64,000 bases of DNA from the human T2T-CHM13v2.0 reference genome, Homo sapiens. The notes under the pieces were generated by a model that saw only the letters and a list, made by a program, of their open reading frames with translations, did no database searches and was not told the DNA's origin. The stretch is taken from NCBI RefSeq assembly GCF_009914755.1, contig NC_060938.1; one strand, 5' to 3'. The position numbers and the translations under genes were made by a program. Below, one piece after another: positions 45,610-59,839 of this stretch (within the stretch, counting starts at the first letter, position 1; the number at the start of each line of letters is the position of its first letter).

Positions 45610-46308
45610 GGTATTTTGTGACTTTTAGTTTCAGTAACCCAGAGGCTTGGGTGACAGGAGACCATGCCTGAGATCGAAGCAAATTTGGGACTGAGACCCC
45701 TGGATAAAGCCCTTGGGCTGTGTTCTCAGATAAAAAGTAAACTTTAAAAGTCCACCTGGTATCAAAGAACATGGCCTGGAAACTTGTTTCTCTAGGCCTT
45801 TGCTCTTGTCTAGGATTGATTGTCAAAAAAATTACCGTTCTTTGAGAAGTTGTATCTATTGTCCTGTCCGCCTGCATATTTGTGGTTTGAATTAATTGTT
45901 ACCTACTTGGCCTAGAAAGCTCTAACCCAAGAATTTAAATTAAGTGTTCCAGATAGAAGACATAAATCTTCCCTTGGTTTGGTTTCACAGGATTTCAATA
46001 GATAAAATCCTGCCAAGCATAAACATACAATACAAAATTACAAAACACACAAGGAAACAAAGCACTCTGAGGGTGTCAAATAAAATCAAACCAAACCAAA
46101 ACAGAAAACAGCAGATTTAGACAATCAAAGATTTCAAGTGTTAGAATTTAGAGGTATAGAATATAAAATTACCAAAGTTTAAAACGTTTAAGAAAGAGAA
46201 GAAATTAAAAACATGAGAAAGAGACAAGATGCTATCAAAAAATACCAGCAGAATTGATAAAAGAACCAACCTGAACTTTGAAAAATTAAAATTTTTTTAA
46301 TTCAAAAA

Positions 46309-49300
46309 TTTTTTTATTGTACTTTAAGTTCTAGGGTACATGTGCACAATGTGCAGGTTTGTTACATATGTATACATGTGCCATGTTGGTGTGCTGCATC
46401 CATTAACTCATCATTTACATTAGGTATTCCTCCTAATGCTATCCCTCCCCCCACACCCACCCCGCAATAGGCCCCGGTGTGTGATGTTCCCCACCCTGTG
46501 TCCAAGCGTTCTTATTGTTCAGTTCCCACCTATGAGTGAGAACATGCAGTGTTTGGTTTTCTGTCCTTGCGAGAATTTGCTCAGAATGATGGTTTCCAGC
46601 TTCATCCATGTCCCTGCAATGGATCATCCTTTTTAATGGATGCATAGTATTCCATGGTGTATATGTGCCACATTTTCTTAATCCAGTCTATCATTGATTG
46701 ACATTTGGGTTGGTTCCAAGTTTCTGCTATTGTGAATAGTGCCACAGTAAACATACATGTGCACGTGTCTTTATAGTAGCATGATTTATAATCCTTTGGG
46801 TATATACCCAGTAATGGGATCGCTGGGTCAAATGGTATTTCTAGTTCTAGATCCTTGAGGAATCACCACACTCCCTTCCACACTAGTTTCCACTCCCACC
46901 AACAGTGTAAAAGTGTTCCTATTTCTCCACATCCTCTCCAGCACCTGTTGTTTCCTGACTTTTTAATGATTGCCATTCTAACCGGTGTGAGATGGTATCT
47001 CATTGTGGTTTTGATTTGCATTTCTCTGATGGCCAGTGATAATGAGCATTTTTTCATGTGTCTGTTGGCTGCATAAATGTCTTCTTTTGAGAAGTGTCTG
47101 TTCATATCCTTCACCCACTTTTTGATGGGGTTGTTTGATTTTTTCTTGTGAATTTGTTTGAGTTCATTGTAGATTCTGGATATCAGCCCTTTGTCAGATG
47201 GGTGGATTGCAAAACATTTTCTCCCATTCTGTAGATTGCCTGTTCCCTCTCATAGTAGTTTCTTTTGCTGTGCAGAAGCTGTTTAGTTTAATTAGATCCC
47301 ATTTGTCTATTTTGGCTTTTTTTGCCATTGCTTTTGGTGTTTTAGTCATGAAGTCCTTGCCCATGCCTATGTCCTGAATGGTATTGCCTAGGTTTTCTTC
47401 TAGGGTTTTTATGGTTTTAGGTCTAACATTTAAGTCTTTAATCCATCTTGAATTAATTTTTATATAAGGTGTAAGGAAGGGATCCAGTTTCAGCTTTCTA
47501 CATATGGCTAGCCAGTTTTCCCAGCACCATTTATTAAATAGGGAATCCTTTCCCTGTTTCTTGTTTTTGTGAGGTTTGTCAAAGATCAGATGGTGGTAGA
47601 TGTGTGGTATTATTTCTGAGGGCTCTGTTCTGTTCCATTGGTCTATCTCTCTGTTTTGGTACCAGTACGCTGCTGTTTTGGTTACTGTAGCCTTGTAGTA
47701 TAGTTTGAAGTCAGGTAGCATGATGCCTCCAGCTTTGTTCTTTTGGCTTAGGATTGTCTTGGCAATGCGGCCTCTTTTTTGGTTCCATATGAGCCTTAAA
47801 GTAGTTTTTTCCAATTCTGTGAAGAAAGTCATTGGCAGCTCGATGGGGATGGCATTAAATCTGTAAATTACCTTGGGCAGTATGGCCATTTCGATGATAT
47901 TCATTCTTCCTATCCATGAGCATGGAATGTTCTTCCATTTGTTTGTGTCCCCTTTTATTTCATTGAGCAGTGGTTTGTAGTTCTCCTTGAAGAGGTCCTT
48001 CACATCCCTTGTGAGTTGTATTCCTAGGTATTTTATTCTCTTTGAAGCAATTGTGAATGGGAGTTCACTCATGATTTGGCTCTCTCTTTGTCTGTCATTG
48101 GTGTTTAGGAATGCTTGTGATTTTTGCACATTGATTTTGTATCCTGAGACTGTTGAAGTTGCTTATCAGCTTAAGGAGATTTTGGGCTGAGACGGTGGGG
48201 TTTTCTAAATATACAATCATGTCATCTGCAAACAGGGACAGTTTGACTTCCTCTTTTCCTAATTGAATATCTCTTTATTTATTTCTCCTGCCTGATTACC
48301 CTGGCCAGAACTTCCAACACTATGTTGAATAGGAGTGGTGAGAGAGGGCATCCCTGTCTTGTACCAGTTTTCAAAGGGAATGCTTCCAGTTTTTGCCCAT
48401 TCAGTATGATATTGGCTGTGGGTTTGTCATAAATAGCTCTTATTATTTTGAGATACATCCCATCAATACCTAGTTTATTGAAAGTTTTTTGGCATGTAGG
48501 GCTGCTGAATTTTGTCTAAGGCCTTATCTGCATCTATTGAGATAATCATGTGGTTTTTGTCTTTGGTTCTGTTTATATGATGGATTACGTTTATTGATTT
48601 GTGTATGTTGAACCAGACTTGCATCCCAGGGATGAAGCCAACTTGATCGTGGTGGATAAGCTTTTTGATGTGGTTTGCCAGTATTTTATTGAGGATTTTT
48701 GCATTGATGTTCATCAGGGATATTGGTCTAAAATTCTCTTTTTTGGTTGTGTCTCTGCCCGGCTTTGGTATCAGGATGATTCTGGCCTCATAAAATGAGT
48801 TAGAGAGGATTCTGTCTTTTTCTATTGATTGGAATAGTTTCAGAAGGAATGGTACCAGCTCCTCTTTGTACCTCTGGTAGAATTTGGCTTTGAATCCGTC
48901 TGGTCCCGGACTTTTTTTGGTTGGTAGGCTGTTAATTATTGCCTCAATTTCAGAGCCTGTTATTGGTCTATTCAGGGATTCAACTTCTTCCTGGTTTAGT
49001 CTTGGGAGGGTGTATGTGTCCAGGAACTTATCCATTTCTTCTAGATTTTCTTTTCTTCTTTCTTTCATTCTTTTTTTTTTTTTTGAGACGGAGTCTCACT
49101 CTGTCACCCAGGCTAGAGTACTAGAGTGCAGTGGCGCTATCTCAGCTCACTGCAAGCTCTGCCTCCCAGGTTCATGCCATTCTCCTGCCTCAGCCTCCTG
49201 AGTAGCTGGGACTACAGGTGCCCGCCACTATGCCCGGCTAATTTTTTTGTACTTTTATTAGAGACTGGGTTTCACCATGTTAGCCAGGATGGTCTCGATC

Positions 49301-52300
49301 TCCTGACCTTGTGATCCACCCACCTCAGCCTCCCAAAGTGCTGGGATTACAGGCGTAAGCCACTGCACCCGGCCTAGATTTTCTAGTTTATTTGTGTAGA
49401 GGTGTTTATAGTATTCTCTGATGGTAGTTTGTATTTCTGTGGGATCAGTGGTGATATCCCCTTTATCATTTTTTATTGCATCTATTTGATTCTTCTCTCT
49501 TTTCTTCTTTATTAGTCTTGCTAGCGGTCTGCCTATTTTGTTGCTCTTATTGAAAAAAGCAGCTCCTGGATTCATTGATTTTTTGAAGGATTTTTTGTGT
49601 CTCTATCTCCTTCAGTTCTGCTCTGATCTTAGTTATTTCTTGCCTTCTGCTAGCTTTTGAATGGGTTTGCTCTTGCTTCTCTAGTTCTTTTAATTTTGAG
49701 CTTAGGGTGTTGATTTTAGGTCTTTCCTGCTTTCTCTTGGGGGCATTTAGTGCTATCAATTTCCCTCTACACACTGCTTTAAATGTGTCCCAGATATTCT
49801 GGTATGTTGTGTCTTTGTTCTCATTGGTTTCAGAGAACATCTTTATTTCTGCCTTCATTTCGTTATTTACCCAGTAGTCATTCAGGAGCAGGTTGTTCAG
49901 TTTCCATGTAGTTGAGCGTTTTTGAGTGAGTTTCTTAATCCTGAGTTCTAGTTTGATTGCACTGTGGTCTGAGAGACAGTTTGTTATAATTTCTGTTCTT
50001 TTACATTTGCTGAGGAGTGCTTTACTTCCAACTGTGTGGTCAATTTTGGAATAAGTGCGATGTTGTGCTGAGAAGAATGTATATTCTGTTGATTTGGGGT
50101 GGAGAGTTCTGTAGATGTCTGTTAGGTCAACCTAGTACAGAGCTGAGTTCAATTCCTGGATATCCTTGTTAACTTTCTGTCTCGTTGATCTGTCTAATGT
50201 TGACAGTGGGGTGTTAAAGTCTCCCATTATTACTGTGTGGGAGTCTAAGTCTCTTTGCAGGTCTCTAAGGACTTGCTTTATGAATTCTGGTGCTCCTGTA
50301 TTGAGTGCATATATATTTAGGATAGTTAGCTCTTCTTGTTGAATTGATCCCTTTACCATTATGTAATGGCCTTCTTTGTCTCTTTTGATCTTTGTTGGTT
50401 TAAAGTCTGTTTTATCAGAGACTAGGATTGCAACCCCTGCTTTTTTGTTTTCCATTTGCTTGGTAGAACTTCCTCCATCCCTTTATTTTGAGCCTATGTG
50501 TGTCTCTGCATGTGAGATGCATCTCCTGAATACAGCACACAGATGGGTCTTGATTCTTTATCCAATTTGCCAGTCTGTGTCTTTTAATTGGGGTATTTAG
50601 CCCATTTACATTTAAGGTTAATATTGTTATGTGTGAATTTGATCATGTCATTATGATGTTAGCCGGTCATTTTGCTCGTTAGTTGATGCAGTTTCTTCCT
50701 AGCATCGATGGTCTTTACAAATTGGCATGTTTTTGCAGTGGCTGATACCGGTTGTTCCTTTCCATGTTTACTGCTTCCTTCAGGAGCTCTTCTAAGGCAG
50801 GTCTGGTGGTGACAAAATCTCTCAGCATTTGCTTGTCTGTAAAGGATTTTATTTCTCCTTCACTTATGAAACTTAGTTTGGCTGGATATGAAATTCTGGA
50901 TTGAAAATTCTCTTCTTTAAGAATGTTGAATATTGGCCCCCACTCTCTTCTGGCTTTTAGAGTTTCTGCTGAGAGATCCACTGTTAGTCTGATGGGCCTC
51001 CCTTTGTGGGTAACCCAGACTTTCTCTCTGGCTGCCCTTAACATTTTTTCCTTCATTTCGACCTTGGTGAGTCTGACAATTTTGTGTCATGGGGTTGCTC
51101 TTCTCGAGGAGTATCTTTGTGGCATTCTCTGTATTTTCTGAATTTGAATGTTGGCCTGCCTTGCTAGGTTGGGGAGGTTCTCATGGATAATATCCTGAAG
51201 AGTGCTTTCCAACTTGGTTCCATTCTCCCTGTCAATTTCAGGTACACCAATCAGACGTAGATTTGGTCTTTTCACATAGTCCCATATTTCTTGGAGGCTT
51301 TGTTCGTTTCTTTTTCCTCTAAAATTCTCTTCTTGCTTCATTTCATTCATTTGCTCTTCAATCACTGATACCCTTTTTTCCACTTGACCGAATAGGATAC
51401 TGAAGCTTGTGCATGCCTCATGTAGTTCTTGTGCCATGGTTTTCAGCTCCATCAGGTCATTTAAGGTCTTCTCTATGCTGTTTATTCTAGTTAGCCATTC
51501 ATCTAGTCTTTTTTCAAGGTTTTTAGCTTCTTTGTGATGGGTTCAAACATCCTCCTTTAGCTCAGTGAAGTTTGTTATGACCGATCTTCTGAAGCCTACT
51601 TTTGTCAGCTCGTCAAAGTCATTCTCTGTCCAGCTTTGTTCCATTGCTGGCGAGGAGCTACATTTCTTTGGAGGAGAAGAGGCACTCTGATTTTTAGAAT
51701 TTTCAGCTTTTCTGCTCTGGTTTCTCCCCATCTTTGTGGTTTTATCTACCTTTGATCTTTGATGATTGTGACCTACAGATGGGGTTTTGTGTGGATGTCC
51801 TTTTTGTTGGTGTCGATGCTATTCCTTTCTGTTTGTTAGTTTTCCTTCTAACAGTCAGGACCCTCAGCTGCAGGTCTGTTGGAGTTTGCTGGAGGTCCAC
51901 TCCAGACCCTGTTTGCCTGGGTATCACCAGCGGAGGCTGCAGAACAGCAAATGTTCCAGAACAGCAAATGTTGCTGCCTGATCCTTCCTCTGGAAGCTTT
52001 GTCTCAGAGGGGCACCTGGCTGTATGAGGTGTCATTTGGCCCCTACTGGGAGATGTCTCCCAGTTAGGCTACTCAGGGGTCAGTGACCCACTTGAGGAGG
52101 TAGTCTATCCATTCTCAGATCTCAAACTCTGTGCTGGGAAAACCACTGCTCTCTTGAAAACTGTCAGACAGGGACGTTTAAATTTGCAGAAGTTTCTGCT
52201 GCCTTTTTTTCAGCTGTGCCCTTCCCCCAGAGGTGGAGTCTATAGAGGCAGGCAGGCCTCCTTGAGCTGTGGTGGGCTTCACCCAGTTCGAGCTTCCTGG

Positions 52301-52772
52301 CCACTTTGTTTACCTAGTCAAGCCTCAGCAATGGTGGACGCCCCTCCCCCAGCCCAGGCTGCCGCCTCACAGTTCAATCTTGGACTGCTGTGCCAGCAGT
52401 GAGCAAAGCTCCATGGGTGTGGGACCTGCTGAGCCAGGCATGGGATATAATCTCCTGGTGTGCCGTTTGCTAAGACCATTGGAAAAGCACAGTATTAGTG
52501 CGGGAGTGTCCCAATTTTCCAGGTACTGTCTGTCACGGCTTCCCTTGGCTAGGAAAGGGAATTCCCCGACCTCTTGTACTTCCCGGGTGAGGTGATGCCC
52601 CACCCTGCTTCAGCTCACACTCTGTGTTCTGCACCCACTGTCCAACAAGTCCCAGTGAGATGAACCCAGTACCTCAGTTGGAAATGCAGAAATCACCCGT
52701 CTTCTGCATCGCTCACACTGGGAGCTATAGACTGGAGCTATTCCTATTCGGCCATTTTGGAATGATCCACCC
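46309..52772 (-). mobile_element. Full-length degenerate L1PA (roughly PA4-PA7), inserted into an older A-rich L1M/HAL1-like relic
   Basis: 5'UTR 51732-52772; ORF1 pieces (MGRNQSRK at 51731 to 50715); ORF2 EN/RT pieces, all broken by frameshifts or stops; 3'UTR and polyA at 46309. Confidence 0.95.
49052..49374 (-). mobile_element. AluY-like element inserted into L1 ORF2
   Basis: TSD CTAGATTTTCT; internal 8-nt duplication ctagagta. Confidence 0.92.
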
Positions 52773-53200
52773 ATGATGATTCAAGTTTTAAAATTCAGTG
52801 AATGTTTAAACATCAGGGAATAGATTTAGGCATTGGTTAAGAGAGGATTAACTAGATGTGAAGAAATTACCCAGAATGCAACAGAGAAAAAGAGATAGAA
52901 AATGTAAAAGAGAGGGTATGAGACGAGGATGATAAACTGAGAAATTATAATTCTTCTATTTGGTGTTCCAGAAGAGAGGAGTCAGAGAAGAGGACAGAGA
53001 AAATATTTGATGAAATAATAGCTGATTGTTTTCTAGAATTAAAGAAAGATATGAATCCTCAGATTCAGTAAACAAAATGAGTTTCAAGTAAGATAAATAA
53101 AAACAAACCCATACCTAGTTTCATCATAGTAAAACTGGAAAAACAAAGAGAGATGTTACAAGTAGTCAACAAGAAGACAGATTATCTATAAAGAAATGCC

Positions 53201-53488
53201 TTTTTTTTTGAGATGGAGTCTCTCTGTTGCTCAGGGTGGTGTGCAGTGGCAGGATCTCAGCTCACTGCAACCTCCACTTCCTGGGTTCAAGTGATTCTCC
53301 TGCCTTAGTTTCCTGAGTACCTGGGATTATGGGCATATGCCACCACAGCCAGCTAATTTGTGTATATTTAGTAGAGATGGGGTTTTGCCATGTTGGCCAG
53401 TCTGCTCTCCAACTCCTGACCTCAATTGATCCACTGCCTCAGCCTCCCAAAGTGCTGGGATTACAGGCACGAGCCACCATGCCCAGCC
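53201..53488 (-). mobile_element. AluS
   Basis: Alu consensus in reverse. Confidence 0.92.
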
Positions 53489-53619
53489 TAAGAAATAACA
53501 ATTAGACACTTGACACATCAGCTGCAACAATATCATCTAATGGAATAATATCTCAAGCTTGAAGAGAAAATAATTACCAACCTAGAATTGCTTACCAACA
53601 CATTATTCAAGAATGAAGG

Positions 53620-54129
53620 TGCCGAGACCAGCTCGGCCATGGAGACCCTAACCTGGCGGCGCTAGAGGAATTAAAGACACACATACAGAAATATAGGGTG
53701 TGGAGTGGGAAATCAGGGGTCTCATAGCCTTCAGAGCTGAGAGCCCTGAACAGAAATTTACCCACGTATTTATTGACAGCAAGCCAGTGATAAGCATTGT
53801 TTCTATAGATTATAGATTTACTAAAAGTATTCCTTATGGGAAACAAAGGGATGGGCTGAAACAAAGGGATGGGCTCTGGCTAGTTATCTGCAGCAGGAAC
53901 ATGTCCTTAAGGCACAGATTGCTCATGCTATTGTTTGTGGTTTAAGAACACCTTTAAGTGGTTTTCCACCCTGGGTGGGCCAGGTGTTCCTTGCCCTCAT
54001 TCCAGTAAACCCACTACCTTCAGCATGGGGGTCATGGCCATCACGAACATGTCACAGTGCTGCAGAGATTTTGTTTATGGCCACTTTTGGGGCCAGTTTA
54101 TGGCCAGATTTGGGGGCCTATTTCCAACA
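53620..54129 (-). mobile_element. MER9 (HERV-K HML-3) solo LTR
   Basis: 510 bp, TG...CA termini, perfect 6-bp TSD TGAAGG; starts TGTTGGAAATAGGCCCCCAAATCTGGCCATAAACTGGCCCC on the minus strand. Confidence 0.88.
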
Positions 54130-55574
54130 TGAAGGTAAAACAAGGATACTTTTTAGACAAGCAAAAACTGAGAGCATTTGCCACCATCAGACTTAATATA
54201 CTTTGTCAGGAAGAAAGGAAATGATCTGAAAAGGAAAATGTAAGATGCAGGAAAATAGTGATCAAAGGAATTGATAAAGTTGATAAATATAAATATTTAC
54301 TATATTAAGCAACAACAATAATGTTTAATTTGTGGGTAAAAATTAAAAATATTAGTCACCAGTAATAGGTAGTAAGAGAAATATTTGACTGGAGTTGAAT
54401 TGTTATGAAAAATATAGCAATACTGAATAATGTTAAACTTTGTTAAATGTAAATTTAAAAATTAAGGCTAAATATTGCATATTAGAAGTAAAGTGTGCAC
54501 TTCTAAATCAGTAGAGGGAAACAATTGAATAAGATAATCTAATCAATTTAAAAGTTATCAGGAAAAGATAAAAAGAGGATGCTTGGAAAAAACTAGAAAG
54601 GCCAAAATAAGATAACAGAAATAATCAGTAACCATAATAAATTTAAATGGAGTAAGAAATTAAATTAACTAGATGTATCTGGAATTACAAATTTCAAAAG
54701 AAGTGAATCTCACAACTATAATGTTAAACAAAAAAGAAGTTGCAGAAAAGTACCTACAATATAATGCTATTTACCTAGAGATTAAAAGTATGCAAAATTA
54801 TACTTTTTTTTATTGAGGGGCTAAATATATTTGTAGTTAAAATAAAAAGAAATGCAAGGGAATGGTGATGATGGGTAGAATAGTAATGTGATCAAGGAGG
54901 AGTACCCTGGGAAATTTAACTTCTTATTTCTTAGGGTGTATTCATTTTATTTTTGGTATATCTGAAATATTTCACAATATACAAAAATGTGTAGTGGATT
55001 TAAGATATGTTGTCATATTTCAGATGTATGGAAAGATAACTTTATTTTCTGTAGTTGAACACAACTTGCTCATAAACATTTCTCATTGGAAGTGGTATAA
55101 ACTTAAACTCATCCAACAAAGTTAATTATCATTTCTAGTTTAAAACTTCTCATATACTCAGTTTTCTCTGGGTAAATTCTTAGTCTTTCAGCATGCCTTG
55201 TCCCTTTTCTCCTTTCCTTCTCCTAGCTAGACACCCAGGTGTAGCAGGCCCTTTGGCAGGCACTGTTATGTAGTCCTCAGTGCCTGCTTGGAAGGGTCTC
55301 ATCTCCTTCGGCCTTTGGATCTTGCCTGCTGAGATCAGCTAAGGCACAGCTGGTTAGGCCAGACCTCTGGGCAGTGTTTTGGCCACTGCTTCTGATACCC
55401 ATGGCTCTTGCCTTGATATCAGAGTTCCACAGCATCTGCTGGATGATGAAGAAACACTTGGCTTGCCTCTGGCCAACAGAATGGGATGCATGGGCCTTGA
55501 TGAGGGTCCCCTCAGGCTCACCTCTTGGTAATTTTTCACAGTCATTACTGCTCAGGCACCTTATTGTGAACTAG

Positions 55575-56120
55575 TTATATGTTGCTGTTAACAAATTATC
55601 TCAAAACTTAGTGGTTTGAAACAACAATAGTATTTATTATCTTTTACAGTCTTGTGGGTTAGGAATATGGTAGCAGTTTAGCTCGGTGGTTGTGGGGTGT
55701 GGCTCACAGTCTCTCATGAGATTATACTCAAGATATCAGCTAGGGCTGCAATCATCTGGATACTTGACTGGGGCTGGAGGATCCTCTTTCAAAAAGACTT
55801 GCTCACATGCTGTTGCAGGAGGCTTCATTCCTTGCTGATTGTTTCTCACCATGTGGACCTCTCCACATGGCTGCTTGAGTATCCTTATGACATGGCAGCT
55901 GGCTTCCCTGGAGTGAGTGATTCAAGAGAGTGAGAATGAGGAGAAAGCTTCAATACCTCTAATGACTAATCTAATCTCAGTGTAACATACAGTTACTTTT
56001 ATCACAATCTATTTGTTAGATGTGAGTCACTGAGTTGAAGGGGTGAGAAATTTGGCTGTAAAACTTTTAAAGGGAATAGAGTCAAATAATTTGTTGGCAC
56101 ATTTTAAAACCAACACAAGC
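55575..56120. mobile_element. Old LTR relic, MLT1/ERVL-like (similar relics near 23960-24410, 56600-56940, 62070-62630)
   Basis: acaaattatctcaaaacttagtggtttgaaacaaca motif. Confidence 0.55.
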
Positions 56121-58389
56121 TCTGTGCTGCATTTAGGGCTTCTCTGAGATGCTTGTAGACTCTCTCAGTTGTGCCTGGGAATTGTGGTACAATCCTTGTT
56201 ATTTTTAGATGCCTCTTTTACCTCTCCAGGTTTTCAAGCATCTCTCCTTACCTCCCTAGCTAGGCTCCTTCTCAGAGAGTTCAGGCAGCATTTATAATCT
56301 AGTTATGTTCTCTCCAAATCTTTTAGCTCCTTCCCTAAGCCCAGGGAAAGCTAGGTAATGGGCAACTGCTCTGACATCATAGCCAGTTTCTTTCCTACCC
56401 TCTGATTTATAAAACAAATTCCATGCTTGGTCTTCTCTCAACAAAACCCTTGCTCTTGAATTTCCTCCTTTCCAGGCTATTAGTTAGATATGGAATAAAA
56501 CAACTTGCTTTTGAGAGTCAAAACTAAGGCTTGTCGGATTTGTTCCCTTACACTGCAGAGGGAAAAGGAAGTACTGAGAGGGAAAATACGTTGGGTAATA
56601 TTGCAAAGCAAACTGGCTTCATACATGGCTAGATCCAGGTGCTTACATAATGTCATCAAGGATCCACATCTTTTTAATTCTCAGCTCTTATTTTTTGTTG
56701 GTTGACTTCATTCTCAGGAAGATTTTCTCCCTTTAGAGTGAGAATGAATTCTTGGCTTCTATTTCCAGCAGAGTAACTATTTCTCTTAATTCCATAAAGA
56801 ATGTCAGAACTGACTCTTCTTGGACTGTTATGGGTCTCGTGCCATCTCTGAACCAACTATTGTGGCCAAGTATGGAGTGTTCTGCCTGGCCAGGCCTGAG
56901 TCGTGTGTCTACTGCTGGACCAGGGGTCGGGTAGCCCCACTCACTGTCCTCCACTGTGGAAACCCAGCTGAGCCCCTGAGGTGTTAAGGAACTCCTCCTC
57001 TCTTCAACAACGTTGACATTCCTTCCTTTCTCTCCTGGCTATGTCTTTCCTTCCAGTGAGCTGGGAGTTGTGCTGTAGAAGGTGAGAGGTGAGTGGGAGG
57101 GTTCCACTAAATTACATGCCTTTTAGAGTATAGATTTAAGAGGGTGGATGTCCATCAATATCCTCAAGGAGGTGAGATGGAAACCTCCTGCAGAGCTTTA
57201 CACCCCTTGCGAAGAGGAGGTACATAGGGACAGAGCTCCCATTGCAGCAGCCAGCCCCTCATCTCCAGGGAGGCTGATGGAGAGCAGGCTCTGTCTGAAT
57301 GTGTTCAGCTTTCCATCCAACCTCCTTAAAGCTGTTGTTCTTCTGGGTTCTGGGGATGGGTGGGTCAACTTCTCTCATCCTCCTCAGCCTCTCCTTTAGC
57401 AACTGAACTATTTTAGTTAAACTTTTTGCAGCTCTCAGAGTCCATCTGACACTTGGGAGGTTAAAACATTCAAACCTTAGACAACAAGACATGAGAAATT
57501 TTCATCTGCACATCTGGGCTTAGGGGCAAGTGCAGCTGGCTTTCCCTTTGGGAAGAAAAGGCTTCCTCCTGGGTCTGCAGCAATCACAAGGACTTTGAAA
57601 TGGGACTGTTTTCCTCACAGCTGCTTCCTGAAACAACAAAAGGAGCTCAGCTCAGTCAACCTCTGGGGCATCAGGCCAGCCCTGCGGGGCAGGATAAAAA
57701 GTCAGAGAAGGATCCTGGCTGCTTCCTCAGCTTGGGCCAAGGCAGAGTGGGATGGGGGATTTGCTGGTGACAAGTGCCTCTGCCCCTTCCCAATGCCACC
57801 TGTGTGAATGTTCCCTGCTTCATTTTGCTGGAATAGATTTTTGTGACTTCTCTCAGGCTCTGAGATGTTACTTGCCAAATGCTATTCACATAACCATTTT
57901 ACATATTTCTGTTACTGTATGGTAGAACCAATCAACTAACCAATTAATCGAGCAACCAACCAAAATCCTAATTCTGGAGACACATTGGATAAAGGATCCT
58001 AGAAATCTCCCTTCCTTTTTATAAGATAGTCTGCTCTGACCTCAGGGTCTGGGGCCACAGGAACAGCATTCCTGAACCTCGACGTCTGTGGAGATGCCAG
58101 GTCTTCTCCAGGGGCTGCACCTTGTCTTCTCCTTTTTCCCTTCCACTAAGACTTTTAGATGCCCCCATCCCTAGTCTGACCCCTAACCAGACATCTGTTC
58201 CCAGTGGGACCTTTTGTAGGAGCTGAGAGACCTGGCCAGCCTCCAGCATCAGCTCCGTACGCTCCGTTGTTGGCCAGGACCTGCTGTGGAGAACAAGTGC
58301 CCTTGAGGTCTCTCTGCTCTTAGTTTCCAGGGCAGTGAATGAGAAATGCCCTCTTACATACTCTGACAGTGCTGGGGAGAGAAAGCTAA

Positions 58390-58390
<1 letters not shown>

Positions 58391-58436
<46 letters not shown>
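58391..58436. repeat. (TAGA)11 tetranucleotide STR
   Basis: Seen directly. Confidence 0.97.
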
Positions 58437-58438
<2 letters not shown>

Positions 58439-59839
58439 GATGTTAGTCTTTGGCCAGGCTGGACCTGAGAGGAACTGTTTAGCATGAGCAGCTCTTCTTG
58501 CACCACCAGAGGCTTCACCAGCCCAGCAATTCCATTTCCTACTCACTCAGAGGAAGGACTACTGGCTGCAGTCTCTTGCCACTGTCTGGCTCTGTGCTGT
58601 AAAATGGCCACTGGGAGGCTTCTCCTGGGTCTGTTTTCCCCTGGCCCCAGCACAGGCCCTTCTGAAATTAATCTATGGAGAATGTATTTCTCCATCTCCA
58701 CTGTGGCTGTGGCCCTTTCCCTACAGTCTACTCAGCCCCACATGAGTTGGGGGTAGTGGGAGGCTGGGCTCTGGGGAAGGGACCCAGGGAGATATGAGCA
58801 GGTGCTTGCAGGGAAGGTCAGCTTTCTCCAGCTCCTTTCTCATGGCAGACACTCAATTACAGGGCCTCCCAGGTGCTGGATAGCTCTGTGCTGGCAGAAT
58901 GCTACTTCTCACACCCCTCTGCACAGCAGAGATGATGAGGGCTGGGCCTGATTTTCTCCCTGCACTCTGATATAATAAAGTTGTTGTCACTAGGACCTAT
59001 TAAATCAGACACTCATGGTAGTAAATGTGGAGATCAGGCAGCTTGGAAATCCTCAGGCACATGTGCATGTGGATGCGTGTGTGTGTCATGAGGACACAGG
59101 ATAAAGTCTGTTGTCTGTGGCCCTGGGGGATTGAGGCAGTGATCACCAGAGCTGGCTTTATCTTTGCGTTCATGCATCTTCTACCCACTCAGCTCACATT
59201 TCGTTATACCATTCAGCAGTTGGCAACCTGAGGGGTTCCTAGGGAGGGAGATGTAGGCTAGTCCATCTTCTCCTCCATGGATCAACATAGGCCAGACCCA
59301 GCTACAGGAGGCTGGACCACAACCAACATGAAATTTTTGCTGAGTTTAGACAGAAGGTCACTACGTCACTGAGGTATCTCATTGAATACTTGATTAGACA
59401 GAGAAGGAGATGATGGAGAAGAAAGAAAGATGACAGGAGAGGATAAGGGGGTGGCCATGACAACAGAGGAAGAGAGAGGACTCAGAGGGTGTCCCCAAGG
59501 CTTAGACTCTAAATAATTAAGAGACAGCCCTGGGCTCAGTATCCAGGTTAGATCTGTGTAGGATCCCTGGGGCACTGAAGTTGAGGATGTGACTAGTGGC
59601 TTGAAGGTGGAGTTGAGAGGTTCAGGGTGCCTGGTGTGGATTTTGGGGATGAAGGTTACAACCAGGACCTTTTATGGACTGTTCACAGGACTCCACATCC
59701 AGGCAAAGGCCAGAGTATTGATTCTTAGATGAAATGCTGTTACACAGCATGGGGACTTCACTTTTTTGAGACTGAAGAACTTTGAGGGGAAATAAAATCT
59801 CTGAAGAGAAGCTAGGTTCCATCTACAGAGGTAGCATGG

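Noticed and set aside
47194-51731. L1 ORF1/ORF2 fragments as an active element
   Set aside because: Multiple frameshifts and stops, plus an Alu inserted in ORF2.
58478-58530. RAAHA on the minus strand, resembling the serine-protease TAAHC motif (a chymase/granzyme cluster is known to lie further along)
   Set aside because: No Cys after His, and no IIGG, DIML or GDSGG motifs were found nearby.
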